DNA from: Clostridia bacterium | GTDB taxonomy: Bacteria; Bacillota; Clostridia; Oscillospirales; RGIG577 | Direction: 5' to 3' | Assembly (NCBI GenBank): GCA_017405765.1 | Contig: JAFQZS010000001.1 | Coordinates: forward strand, 1,874 to 65,873 | Length of the DNA stretch: 64,000 nucleotides | Shown here: positions 8,051 through 17,155 of the stretch, piece by piece | How positions within the stretch are numbered: the stretch's first letter is position 1 | Layout of the letters: the number at the start of each line of letters is the position of its first letter | Made by a program: the position numbers and the translations under genes | Notes under the pieces: model-generated | The model's database searches: none | What the model was told of the DNA's origin: nothing | Seen by the model: only the letters and a program-made list of their open reading frames with translations

Positions 8051-9226
8051 GTGGAAGATATAAAAAGCGCGCTTGAGCGCCTTTTTTCGAAAGATATAAT
8101 ACTTATAACGGTGAGCAACTGCAGAAAAAAAGACGAAAGCGTAAGAAAAGTTTCTGTGCGCCCGTTTATTCTTCGCGAAAAGACACATTTTCAGTTTGAA
8201 CGCATAGTAAATGATCAGGCGTTTCATGAAAACATGCCTAAGGAAGCCGCCATGCATGAGCTTGAAGAAATGCTTATGCGTGATTACCGTCAGCTTGACG
8301 CGCGCACCGTCGGATGTGACGTTTTAATAAAGCTTTCAAAAAAAGAAAAGCTCCTTTATTCGGAGCATAAAAACGACAATAAAAGCAATGAGTACAGACA
8401 TAACAGAACAAAGAAGTATATTTTAAGCGAAGGCGAGTTTTCGCCCGTATTGTGCGAGCTTGGCGTTCAGACGAAGGACGGCCGCATATCTGCGCCGATG
8501 TATGATAAATTCAAGCAGATAAACCGTTTTTTAGAGTTTATCGACGATATCGTATCAAAGGATGCTGCCGAAGAATATAAAATAATCGATTTCGGCTGCG
8601 GCAAGTCATACCTTACGTTTCTTGTATATGAATACTTTATGAAGCGCGGGCGCAAGGTGCGTATAGTAGGCCTTGACCTTAAGCGCGAAGTCATCGAAAA
8701 ATGCCGCAATATCGCCGCGCGATATAATTACACCGGGCTAACCTTTGAAGTGGGAGACATAAAGGATCATTCCCCTTCTTTTATCCCCGATATGGTGATC
8801 TCGCTCCACGCGTGCGATACGGCTACCGATTTTGCGATATTTAACGCGATAAGCTGGGGTGCTCGCTGCATTTTAGCCATTCCGTGTTGTCAGCACGAGC
8901 TTAATCTCCAGGTGAAAAAATCCTACGGACTCATGTCGTCCTACGGCTTGTTGAAAGAACGCTTTTTGGCGCTTTCGACCGATGCGATACGCGCAAAGCT
9001 TTTGGAATACTCCGACTACGACGTTTCCGTTATGGAATTTATCGACATGGAGCACTCGCCTAAGAATATAATGATACGCGCAAAAAAGAGACGCCTTGGG
9101 CAAAGCAAGGAAAAAAAGGCAAAACTTTTAAACGAAGTGGTGACCTTCTTAAATGAATACAATCTCACTCAGACTCTCCATACGCTTATAACGAAGAACC
9201 ATCACATAAAAAACGGCGGCGCATAA
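8051..9226 (+). CDS. Class I SAM-dependent methyltransferase (Methyltransf_32-like)
   Basis: Motif I 'IIDFGCGKSYLT'. 'VGLDL' and 'ISLHACDTATD' are also present. GTG start after GGAAAGGAA. Confidence 0.65.
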   Translation: MEDIKSALERLFSKDIILITVSNCRKKDESVRKVSVRPFILREKTHFQFERIVNDQAFHENMPKEAAMHELEEMLMRDYRQLDARTVGCDVLIKLSKKEKLLYSEHKNDNKSNEYRHNRTKKYILSEGEFSPVLCELGVQTKDGRISAPMYDKFKQINRFLEFIDDIVSKDAAEEYKIIDFGCGKSYLTFLVYEYFMKRGRKVRIVGLDLKREVIEKCRNIAARYNYTGLTFEVGDIKDHSPSFIPDMVISLHACDTATDFAIFNAISWGARCILAIPCCQHELNLQVKKSYGLMSSYGLLKERFLALSTDAIRAKLLEYSDYDVSVMEFIDMEHSPKNIMIRAKKRRLGQSKEKKAKLLNEVVTFLNEYNLTQTLHTLITKNHHIKNGGA

Positions 9227-9241
9227 GCGCCGCCGTTTTTT
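9208..9241. terminator. Bidirectional terminator between the methyltransferase gene and hpf
   Basis: Perfect 15-bp stem 'aaaaaacggcggcgc'/'gcgccgccgtttttt' overlapping the TAA stop. Confidence 0.7.
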
Positions 9242-9272
9242 ATGTATCAAATCATGTTATAAGCCGAATATT

Positions 9273-9803
9273 TTATTCAACAGCCTCTATAACAGCATAG
9301 TTTCCGTCTTTTCTTCTATATACGATCGAATAAACTCCGGAAATGCTCTTGAAAGTAAAGAAGTTGTGGTTCAGCATGTTCATCTGAAGTATCGCTTCTT
9401 CGGTCGTCATGGGCTTTAAGGGGAATTTCTTCACCTTCACCACATTAAACTCGCCTTCCTCTTCGACAGGCTCGGCGGGTGCGACGTCTATCTCAGTCTT
9501 GTCAAATCCGCTTCTTAATTTTTTCTCAAGGCGCGTTTTGTTCTTGCGGATCTGACGCTCTACAATATCGATATCCTCCGCTAAGGATTCCATCATATCT
9601 TTTGTAGTGCTCTGCGCCCGGAAAATGAGTGAGCCTTGGTAGATGGTGAGCTCGACAGTTTCCCTGTCTCTTTCCCGCGTGATAGTTACGTTTGCCTTTG
9701 ACTCATTGGCAAAGTACTTGTCGAGCTTCTTTAACTTTTTCTCGACCTTCTCCCTAAGCGAATCGCCCAGTTCAAACTTTCTTGCTGTGATTGTAATGTT
9801 CAT
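9273..9803 (-). CDS. hpf: Ribosome hibernation promoting factor (long HPF)
   Basis: 'MNITITARKFELGDSLREKVEKKLKKLDKYF' plus a C-terminal dimerisation domain 'KVKKFPLKPMTTEEAILQMNMLNHNFFTF'. The start is moved to the ATG at 9803, behind an AAAGGAG RBS. Confidence 0.9.
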   Translation of the reverse strand: MNITITARKFELGDSLREKVEKKLKKLDKYFANESKANVTITRERDRETVELTIYQGSLIFRAQSTTKDMMESLAEDIDIVERQIRKNKTRLEKKLRSGFDKTEIDVAPAEPVEEEGEFNVVKVKKFPLKPMTTEEAILQMNMLNHNFFTFKSISGVYSIVYRRKDGNYAVIEAVE

Positions 9804-9933
9804 AATCTCACTCCTTTGCATCTTTTATGCAACTATATTATACAACATTCAGGAGAAAATGCAAGGTGTTTTTGTTGCTTTTCACATGAAATTCACAAAA
9901 AATATATCTCAAACTATATAAAATGCCTATATC

Positions 9934-10776
9934 TCATATCACCGCTGTTTTATGACGCGTTACATGACAGCTTATGTTTACTGCTACGGGGAGTCCCGCT
10001 ATATGAGTGGCATACGTTTTTATCTTTACGCCCAGCGCAGTATTCTTTCCTCCTATGCCCTGAGGGCCGACGCCTGTTTTATTTATGCTTTCAAGCATTC
10101 GCTTCTCAAGGGCCGCGTAACGCGGGCTTTCATTTTCAATGTCAAGCGGTATCTGAAGCGCCTCCTTGGCAAGCCGCGCGCACACCTCGAACGTGCCTCC
10201 AACGCCTACCCCCACCACAACGGGCGGACAGGGATTGCTTCCTGCCGAAACAACACACTGTGTCACAAAATCTATTATATCGTCCTCTGATGCGGCAGGC
10301 GTAAACATTTTAAGCCTGCTCATATTTTCACTTCCAAAGCCCTTCGGAGCCGCCGTTATCTTCACCTTGTCGCCGGCGACTATCGAAAAATGCACGACTG
10401 CCGGCGTGTTGTCATCGGTGTTTACGCGTTCAAGCGGATCGGATACAACGCTTTTTCGAAGATATCCGCCCACATATGCGCGCCTTACGCCTTCGTTTAT
10501 CGCCTCGTTCAGATCGCCGCCCGTAAAATGGACGTCCTGCCCTATCTCCATAAATACCACCGCCATGCCCGTGTCTTGACATATCGGTACGTTAAGCTCC
10601 TTTGCGGCGTCTAAGTTCTTCAAAAGATCGCCTAAAATGTTTTTCCCCGCCGGAGATATCTCGCTGTCTTTTGCACGGCATATCGACTGCTCCACATCTT
10701 CCGGCAAAAAAAGATTTGCCTCAACGAAAAGTCTCTCCAGCGTATCGCGCACAACGCCAACGTCAATTTCCCTCAT
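9934..10776 (-). CDS. Fe-S type hydro-lyase alpha subunit (class I fumarate hydratase / L(+)-tartrate dehydratase alpha)
   Basis: 280 aa. 'LNVPICQDTGMAVVFMEIGQDVHF' and 'KGFGSENMS' are typical of the FumA/TtdA N-terminal domain. Confidence 0.75.
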   Translation of the reverse strand: MREIDVGVVRDTLERLFVEANLFLPEDVEQSICRAKDSEISPAGKNILGDLLKNLDAAKELNVPICQDTGMAVVFMEIGQDVHFTGGDLNEAINEGVRRAYVGGYLRKSVVSDPLERVNTDDNTPAVVHFSIVAGDKVKITAAPKGFGSENMSRLKMFTPAASEDDIIDFVTQCVVSAGSNPCPPVVVGVGVGGTFEVCARLAKEALQIPLDIENESPRYAALEKRMLESINKTGVGPQGIGGKNTALGVKIKTYATHIAGLPVAVNISCHVTRHKTAVI

Positions 10777-10788
10777 TTATATACCCCC

Positions 10789-11958
10789 TTAGATCGGCAT
10801 TCCCCATGAAAGCCTGCCGTCAGAAAATACATATCTTATCTTTGAACCAAAGTCCAAAGGCTCCCCTTCGATTATTACGATATCGGCGTCTTTGCCGCAA
10901 GAGAGCGACCCTACGCGGTCGTCTATATTAAGGATGCGCGCGGGCGTTATCGTTATGGCCCGAAGCGCTTCGTTGCGTGAAAGCCCTGCCTTAACATACA
11001 TCATTGCGCACAGGCGCAGATAATCTATCGGCGTTTCGGGATGATCCGTTATAATCGAAAATGGAACTTTGTTTTTAAGCATGGCCTGCGCCGCCTCAAA
11101 CGACAGATTTTTAAGCTCCGGCTTCGACCTTCCCGCCATGACAGGCCCAAGCATCACGCGCGCTTCAGCCTCTTTAAGCTCGTCTGCTATAAGAGCGGCG
11201 TCTGTCGCGTGTACTACTACTGCGTCCAGCGAGAATTCGCGCGCTATACGTATCGCCGTAAATATATCGTCGGCGCGGTGCGCGTGGAAATGCGCCTGTA
11301 TCTCACGCTTTAAAAGCGGTATAAGGCTTTCGCATTTCATATCGAACTCCGGCTCGTCAAGCTCGCTGTCCTCTGCCGCCCGCTCTTTATCCTCAAGATA
11401 TCTTTTCGCCTTGAATAGATTTTCGCGTATTATCGCCGCAGTAGCCATTCGCGTAGTTGGCGTCTGGCCTTTCGCATTGTACGCGCCCTTCGGATTCTCA
11501 CCAAGCGCGAACTTTATTGCAATAGGACCGCGCAGTATCATTTTGTCGATGACGCGCCCATACGTCTTTATTGCCGCAAGCTGTCCGCCTATCGGATTTG
11601 CGCTGCCCGGTCCTGTTACTACTGTAGTAACACCGCCCGAAAGCGCCTCTAAAAAGCCGCGGTCAAGCGGGTTTATGGCGTCTATCGCCCTAAGCTGCGG
11701 CGTTGCGGGATCGGTGTCCTCGTTTCCGTCGTCGCCCTCAAAGCCGAGCGAATCCTCCCACATGCCGAGATGACAGTGCGAATCCACAAAACCGGGACAT
11801 GCGCAAAGGCCGCTCATATCACGCGTATCGTCGTCGCCAAAATCAAGCTCGTCCATAGCGCCGACTGAGACGATTTTCCCGTCTTCTCCTATATGTATGA
11901 AGCCGTTTTCCACGGCTTTGCCTTCCATAGTATATATTTTTAAATTTGTAAGGAGCAT
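10789..11958 (-). CDS. Amidohydrolase-family metal-dependent hydrolase
   Basis: 'PGFVDSHCHLGM' (HxH), 'HFHAHRADD' and 'SIITDHP'. 389 aa. Confidence 0.7.
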   Translation of the reverse strand: MLLTNLKIYTMEGKAVENGFIHIGEDGKIVSVGAMDELDFGDDDTRDMSGLCACPGFVDSHCHLGMWEDSLGFEGDDGNEDTDPATPQLRAIDAINPLDRGFLEALSGGVTTVVTGPGSANPIGGQLAAIKTYGRVIDKMILRGPIAIKFALGENPKGAYNAKGQTPTTRMATAAIIRENLFKAKRYLEDKERAAEDSELDEPEFDMKCESLIPLLKREIQAHFHAHRADDIFTAIRIAREFSLDAVVVHATDAALIADELKEAEARVMLGPVMAGRSKPELKNLSFEAAQAMLKNKVPFSIITDHPETPIDYLRLCAMMYVKAGLSRNEALRAITITPARILNIDDRVGSLSCGKDADIVIIEGEPLDFGSKIRYVFSDGRLSWGMPI

Positions 11959-11967
11959 ATTGACCTC

Positions 11968-12885
11968 TTATATCGAAAGCTCTTCGTTTATATATCTGCC
12001 CGCCATATGCGCGGCAATAGCGCCGTCTGCTGCGGCAGTTACAACTTGACGTAATTCTTTCTTTCTTATATCTCCGGCCGCAAAAATGCCCGGGATATTT
12101 GTTTTTAGCGTCTCGTCTGTTATGATATAGCCCGCTTCATCAAGCGTTATGAGCCCCTTTACTATGCCCGTTTCGGGAACGGTGCCAACGGCGATGAATA
12201 CACCGTCCATCGGAAGCTCTTTTTTCTCTTTTGTTTTTACGTTTTCGGCAGTTACTGCGTTTACGTTGAATTTTCCTGATATCTCCGTTAATACCGTATC
12301 GTACATTACGTTTATCTTATCGTTGGCTAAAACGAGCCGAGACAGGTGGCGCGCTCCTCTGAATTCATCGCGGCGGTGAACAAGCGTCACGCCGCTCGCA
12401 AAATTCGACAGATACAGCGCATCTTCAAGAGCAGTATTTCCTCCGCCGACAACTGTCACGTTCTTATTCTTAAAAAAGCTTCCGTCGCACGTTGCGCAGT
12501 AGGAAACACCGCTTCCCGTGAAGCGTTCTTCTCCGTTTATACCGAGCTTTCTTCTGTAAGCTCCCATAGCAAGCACTATTACCTTGGCTTCAAGCTTTTC
12601 TGCTTCTAAAAGCACTTCCTTTACGGCGCCTTTGTCGCTTATCTTTAACACATCGGCCTCCATAAATTCGCATCCGAGCGCTTCGGCGCTTTCCCTCATG
12701 GCTTCGGCAAGGTCAAATCCGCTTATCTGTTTTATGCCGGGATAATTTTCTATAGAATAAGTCGTTGTCATCTGCCCGCCGATAAAGCCGCGTTCAACGA
12801 CAACGCAGGAAAGGCCGGCGCGCCTGGCATAAATGGCGCATGAAAGCCCTGCCGGTCCTCCGCCTATTATAATAATATCGTACAT
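11968..12885 (-). CDS. trxB: Thioredoxin-disulfide reductase
   Basis: 'YDIIIIGGGPAG', redox centre 'SYCATCDG' and 'VVGGGNTALEDALYL'. The start is moved to the ATG at 12885, behind a GGAGGGGA RBS. Confidence 0.9.
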   Translation of the reverse strand: MYDIIIIGGGPAGLSCAIYARRAGLSCVVVERGFIGGQMTTTYSIENYPGIKQISGFDLAEAMRESAEALGCEFMEADVLKISDKGAVKEVLLEAEKLEAKVIVLAMGAYRRKLGINGEERFTGSGVSYCATCDGSFFKNKNVTVVGGGNTALEDALYLSNFASGVTLVHRRDEFRGARHLSRLVLANDKINVMYDTVLTEISGKFNVNAVTAENVKTKEKKELPMDGVFIAVGTVPETGIVKGLITLDEAGYIITDETLKTNIPGIFAAGDIRKKELRQVVTAAADGAIAAHMAGRYINEELSI

Positions 12886-12935
12886 AATGATCCCCTCCAT
12901 ATCGTAGTATAGCCTTTACCGAAAAAAATATAAAA

Positions 12936-12965
12936 CAGGGACGCAAACAAAGCCTTGCGTCCCTG
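12936..12965. terminator. Terminator downstream of yabR
   Basis: Stem 'cagggacgcaa'/'ttgcgtccctg', followed on the minus strand by TTTTATATTTTTTT. Confidence 0.65.
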
Positions 12966-12971
12966 CATATT

Positions 12972-13475
12972 TTAATATCTTCCCGACGTTCCGCGTCTTG
13001 ACGCAGCTCCGCGTTTTGATTCCATATACTTCTTGAGGTCGTGCATCTTTTCGTCGCTGTCCTGCTTAAAGCGGCTCATTTTTTCCTCAAAAGTAAGATT
13101 TTCCGGATCCTTTCGGAGTGGTTCAAAGTCTATTTGAATAGGAGTATTATTCGCGGTACTCTGTCTGTGCTTTGATTTGCTGCGAGACTGGCCCTTTTCA
13201 CCCGAAGCAGGTTTCTTTGCCGCCTGATTTGCGTCTTCCGACTGCGGGACCTGTTTCATAGACAAACTTATCTTTCCGTCTTCGCTTATGTTAATGATTT
13301 TTACCTTAACGATTTGGTTGTCGCTTACGTGGTCACGAATATCCTTGACAAAGGTATGCGTTATCTCCGATATATGTACCATACCGGCCTTACCGCCGCC
13401 CAAGGCAACAAACGCGCCGAACTTTGTAATGCCCGTGACACGGCCCTCCAAAACAGAGCCTACCTCCAGATTCAT
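12972..13475 (-). CDS. yabR: S1 RNA-binding domain protein (YabR-like)
   Basis: 'GSVLEGRVTGITKFGAFVAL..GKAGMVHISEI' S1 fold. Conserved yabP-yabQ-divIC-yabR gene order. Confidence 0.75.
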   Translation of the reverse strand: MNLEVGSVLEGRVTGITKFGAFVALGGGKAGMVHISEITHTFVKDIRDHVSDNQIVKVKIINISEDGKISLSMKQVPQSEDANQAAKKPASGEKGQSRSKSKHRQSTANNTPIQIDFEPLRKDPENLTFEEKMSRFKQDSDEKMHDLKKYMESKRGAASRRGTSGRY

Positions 13476-13524
13476 AAGTAAACAAATCCCCCTTAATTTG
13501 ATAAATGTAAGCCTTTATTTAAAG

Positions 13525-13821
13525 TTAATTGCTGTCAACATTTACAAATACTCGCTCGTTCGGATAAGCCAGTCCAAGTTTTTCACGTGCCACACGTTCA
13601 ACATATTCAGCGTCGATCGGCTGTTCAAGTGTGCGTTCAAGCTGCTCGTTAATTATCTTTTGTTCTTCCACCTGTGTACGCAGCGACTCTAAGTCCCGTG
13701 TCTTTTTTTCTATCATGGAGCCGAGCGTTGCCATCTGGTATATAATATATACTATAAAGACTGCCAATATAATTATAAGAATTATACGTCTGCGTCCCCT
13801 CGTTTTGGTAGCACCTTCCAT
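13525..13821 (-). CDS. divIC: Septum formation initiator (FtsB/DivIC family)
   Basis: 98 aa. N-terminal TM helix plus a coiled coil, and 'YVERVAREKLGLAYPNERVF'. Confidence 0.7.
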   Translation of the reverse strand: MEGATKTRGRRRIILIIILAVFIVYIIYQMATLGSMIEKKTRDLESLRTQVEEQKIINEQLERTLEQPIDAEYVERVAREKLGLAYPNERVFVNVDSN

Positions 13822-13872
13822 GATATTTTTCCTCCGAAGCGGTACATATATTATCTTCCGCAGGATATGCTT

Positions 13873-14355
13873 TCATTTTTTGCATATACCCAAATTCATT
13901 CTAACAGACTTTAACTTGAATTTAAAGACTTTTTTCAACTTTATCAAAAAATTCCTTGACTTTTTCTCTCTTTTTTTAATTCTTTTGATAAAAAGGCGAC
14001 ATATTATCATAAAAGGGCGCAGTAAAACCTTTATGATTTTTTCCAAAATCATAAAAACTGCGCCCATTACTGCCGAAACGGGACGGCTTAAAGCGGCAAA
14101 ATATAAAAATGCTCCCATTATCGCCCCTATCGCCAAGAAGGCTCTCAGCTCGCCCGAATTTGTATTATAAACAAACACAAAGATCGAAGCGCATGCAACA
14201 AGCCAGAATATAACGTCTTCTATCATTACCGCAAAATCAAGATGACGCAGCCGTTTTCTTATCACTCTGAAAAAATCATAAAAAAAAGCAATAGCCGCGC
14301 CCAGCAGTATCGACCACAAAAAAACAACGGTCTGATGAGCAACCGATATACCCAT
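13873..14355 (-). CDS. yabQ: Spore cortex biosynthesis protein YabQ
   Basis: Polytopic membrane protein directly after yabP. The start is taken at the ATG at 14355, 4 nt after the yabP stop. The ORF-track TTG start at 14424 would overlap yabP by 65 nt. Confidence 0.6.
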   Translation of the reverse strand: MGISVAHQTVVFLWSILLGAAIAFFYDFFRVIRKRLRHLDFAVMIEDVIFWLVACASIFVFVYNTNSGELRAFLAIGAIMGAFLYFAALSRPVSAVMGAVFMILEKIIKVLLRPFMIICRLFIKRIKKREKKSRNFLIKLKKVFKFKLKSVRMNLGICKK

Positions 14356-14359
14356 GACG

Positions 14360-14653
14360 CTACTTAAAGAGACGCGAAATAAATCCTCCGCCGTCGCGCT
14401 CGGCTGATGCGTCGGAATATTCAAAGCTGTCGATATCTCCCTCTATCATGACCTCTCCCGTTTCAATACTAAGCTTGTTTATCCTAATGCCCATGCCTCG
14501 TACCGTGAGAGCGCCCATCGCCGTTATAAGCGTCACCGTCGATTCGTCGAAATTATCGACGTCTTCAACGCCGGAAACGCTCAGCTTTCTGCGATTTTCC
14601 ATGATAACGTTGTGCGCCGATTCCGGCCTTTTAAAATTTTTCCTTTCATCCAT
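14360..14653 (-). CDS. yabP: Sporulation protein YabP
   Basis: 'HNVIMENRRKLSVSGVEDVDNFDESTVTLITAMGALTVRGMGIRINKLSIETGEVMIEG'. Confidence 0.85.
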   Translation of the reverse strand: MDERKNFKRPESAHNVIMENRRKLSVSGVEDVDNFDESTVTLITAMGALTVRGMGIRINKLSIETGEVMIEGDIDSFEYSDASAERDGGGFISRLFK

Positions 14654-14712
14654 CGCGTGTCCCGCCTTTCATCATTTTGTAAAAATATATGACGCGGCGA
14701 GACTTGTTATGT

Positions 14713-15948
14713 TTATATTTGAAGTTTTTTTGCGTATGCCAAAAGAGCCTTTCGCTCATTTGGAATTTTTCCTTCTATGACTGCCGAAAGCAATTCGTCA
14801 AGTATTGCTCCCAAATGCGGCGAAGGCTTAAATCCCAGCTTTATCAGATCTTTTCCGTCTATTGAAAGCGCGCCCAACGTAAAGCACTCGCCCGAATCGA
14901 TTATCGCATCCGTCTTCTTTTGCGCCTCTGTATACAGCGTTATGCTTTTTTCATCATTCGAAACCTTTGCCGCAGCCGTTCTTATACGGATGGCGTCCTT
15001 TACGGCGCGTTCTCCCGCGCGCGACAGCGCTTTTTTAAGCGTCACGTCCGACGTGTCGACAAGCGCCCAAAACGCCGCAATAATATTATCTGTACGCGTT
15101 CTGTCCTCACGGCTGCTTTTAAGTGAACAAAAAAGGCCGCGCGCGCGCGCCGCTGCGTCGTCGATCCCGCCGCAGACGTAAAGCGCGGCAAGGCGCGTAT
15201 AAAAATCCGGCGGCAAATATGATATGACCGCGCAGGCAAACGAAAGGCTTCGCGCCCTGCTTATATCGGGCGCAAAAACGGCTATGACTTCGGCATATTC
15301 GCTTATGACATGCGAAGCGCCGCCGCCCGTTACAAGCTTTTTAAACTCGTCGTATATGCGCTCGCGTGCGACGCGCTCAAGAAGTCCGCGGCAGCGAAAT
15401 ACGGCCGCGCGCGTCTCTTTTTCCAGTGAAAAGCCGAGTACGCCACAAAATCTTATCGCGCGCATTATCCGAAGCGCATCCTCGTGAAAGCGCGCCTCTG
15501 CGTCTCCCACGGCGCGAAGGAGCCCGCGCTCAAGGTCGCTGCATCCGCCGAAGCAGTCGATTACTTCGCCGCTTTCGTCAAAGGCGAGCGCGTTTACGGT
15601 AAAATCACGGCGCGAAAGGTCCTCCTTTAGATCGTCGGAGAAATATACGCGGTCGGGGCGGCGCAGATCGGAATAAACATCCTCGCGCCGAAACGTCGTT
15701 ATCTCTATCTTTTCGCCGCCTGCCATAACTGCCACCGTACCGAATTTTTGGCCCTCGTCAAAGCATGTTAAGTCGGCAAAAACTCGCTTTATATCGTCGG
15801 GACGCGCCGACGACGCAATATCCCAGTCGTGTACGGCGCGTCCGAGCAGCGTATCGCGCACGCATCCTCCGACAGGGTACGCCTTAAATCCGTTTTCGTT
15901 TAAACGGCGCAATACGAAGCGCACGCTTTGGGGAATATAGTGTCCCAT
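14713..15948 (-). CDS. cca: CCA tRNA nucleotidyltransferase (poly(A) polymerase family)
   Basis: 'AYPVGGCVRDTLLGRAVHDWDI' and 'RRDFTVNALA'. 411 aa. Confidence 0.8.
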   Translation of the reverse strand: MGHYIPQSVRFVLRRLNENGFKAYPVGGCVRDTLLGRAVHDWDIASSARPDDIKRVFADLTCFDEGQKFGTVAVMAGGEKIEITTFRREDVYSDLRRPDRVYFSDDLKEDLSRRDFTVNALAFDESGEVIDCFGGCSDLERGLLRAVGDAEARFHEDALRIMRAIRFCGVLGFSLEKETRAAVFRCRGLLERVARERIYDEFKKLVTGGGASHVISEYAEVIAVFAPDISRARSLSFACAVISYLPPDFYTRLAALYVCGGIDDAAARARGLFCSLKSSREDRTRTDNIIAAFWALVDTSDVTLKKALSRAGERAVKDAIRIRTAAAKVSNDEKSITLYTEAQKKTDAIIDSGECFTLGALSIDGKDLIKLGFKPSPHLGAILDELLSAVIEGKIPNERKALLAYAKKLQI

Positions 15949-15969
15949 AAAACGCCTCCGCTTATAAAG

Positions 15970-15997
15970 AAAACCGGCCGGAACAACGCCGGACGGT
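15970..15997 (-). terminator. Possible terminator after MDR paralog 1
   Basis: Short GC stem 'ccggc'/'gccgg', followed on the minus strand by TTTTCTTTAT. Confidence 0.35.
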
Positions 15998-16042
15998 ATA
16001 TCTTTAAACTAAATCTCTTGTTATAACGCGTAAAACTAAGCG

Positions 16043-17068
16043 TTAAAACTTGTTTACAACTACCTTCTCATACTTATGGTCGTCGCTTTTAAGCTCTTCA
16101 AATACGCGCTGAAGGTCGCCCAAGCCAACTGACGCCGAATAATATCTCTTTAAGTTTAGCTTCCTCGGATTTTCAGTAACAAGGCGCACCACTTCATCGA
16201 AATCGGCCGGAGTATGCGCGTTGAACGGGCGGATACGGATAAGCTTAGTACCCAGCATAAAAAAGTTTATCGGCGCGCTCTTATTATACATGGCAAGGGT
16301 AGCGATAGTCGAATTGCGCCTGAGCGTTAGAATGCCGGTGTTCAAAAATCTTGCGTTGCCGGAGCATTCAAAATGAGCGTTTAGGCCGCGCGAATCCGAA
16401 AGGAGTATATCGATTATTTCGGGATCTTCGGGGTCAAGCACCTTCGTTACCTCTCCGTAATCCATTACATTCAAAGCGCGAGTTTTGTTCTTCTCAAACA
16501 TGGCAATGTATTTCGCGCCGAAGAATTTGCACCACATGGCGACGAGAGCGCCCATGACGCCGCCTCCGCTTATGAGCACCTTCCAGCCGGGCCGAACGCC
16601 CATCTCGCGCACCATATGATACGCCGTAGCCGCAGGCGAAAGCATAAGCGCCTCAAAATCGGAAAACTTGTCCGGTATCTTTTTTACAAATTCGGGGCGA
16701 GCCTCGAAATACTCCGAAAAGGTGCCTTGTGCAAGCTTGCTCTTTCCGGGGGTGTTGCGGTTTTTATAGCAGAGGTTTTCCTGCCCGCTTTTGCAGAAAT
16801 CGCACTCAAGACAGGCGGCAAGCGGCAAAACGGTCACCCTGTCGCCTTCTTTTAAATCATCGCGCGGGCCGGCGTCCGCTACCGTTCCCACGATCTCGTG
16901 GCCCGGCACAGTTTCGCCCGTTATATCGCCCAATCCCCAAAGCGTAGTATCATATCCCGTTACACCGGCCAGCTTTGTTTTTATTATAACCTGTTTGCCG
17001 TTCGGCTCGGGGTCGTGTACCTGAGTCACTTCGATTTTTTCCTTGCCCATTATCATAGCTGCGCGCAT
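16043..17068 (-). CDS. MDR-superfamily dehydrogenase paralog 1 (divergent; catalytic-zinc ligands substituted)
   Basis: 341 aa. 'PGHEIVG', structural-Zn 'CLECDFCKSGQENLC' and Rossmann 'VLISGGGVMGAL' are present. However, the catalytic Cys site reads 'GVTGYD' (Thr) and the 'EP' Glu site reads 'LSP'. Confidence 0.8.
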   Translation of the reverse strand: MRAAMIMGKEKIEVTQVHDPEPNGKQVIIKTKLAGVTGYDTTLWGLGDITGETVPGHEIVGTVADAGPRDDLKEGDRVTVLPLAACLECDFCKSGQENLCYKNRNTPGKSKLAQGTFSEYFEARPEFVKKIPDKFSDFEALMLSPAATAYHMVREMGVRPGWKVLISGGGVMGALVAMWCKFFGAKYIAMFEKNKTRALNVMDYGEVTKVLDPEDPEIIDILLSDSRGLNAHFECSGNARFLNTGILTLRRNSTIATLAMYNKSAPINFFMLGTKLIRIRPFNAHTPADFDEVVRLVTENPRKLNLKRYYSASVGLGDLQRVFEELKSDDHKYEKVVVNKF

Positions 17069-17089
17069 GAGAAGACCTCCAAACTAAAA

Positions 17090-17120
17090 ATAAAGACGGT
17101 ACATAGAGTACCGTCTTTAT
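17090..17120 (-). terminator. Terminator after the MFS gene, abutting the RBS of paralog 1
   Basis: 13-bp stem 'ataaagacggtac'/'gtaccgtctttat'. On the minus strand it is followed by TTTTTAGTTTGGAGG and then ATG. Confidence 0.6.
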
Positions 17121-17155
17121 AATAACTTATATTACCGTGAAAATCAAGCCAAAGC

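Noticed and set aside
11069-11773. A Ser/Ala-rich 234-aa plus-strand ORF. Similar ones occur at 27769..28629, 29107..29748, 30602..31168 and 43692..44381.
   Set aside because: These are antisense shadows of the amidohydrolase, spoIVB, pfkA, dnaE and substrate-binding-protein genes.
14356-14424. The TTG-initiated 5' extension of yabQ in the ORF track.
   Set aside because: It would overlap yabP by 65 nt in another frame. The hydrophobic YabQ body starts at the ATG at 14355, right after the yabP stop.
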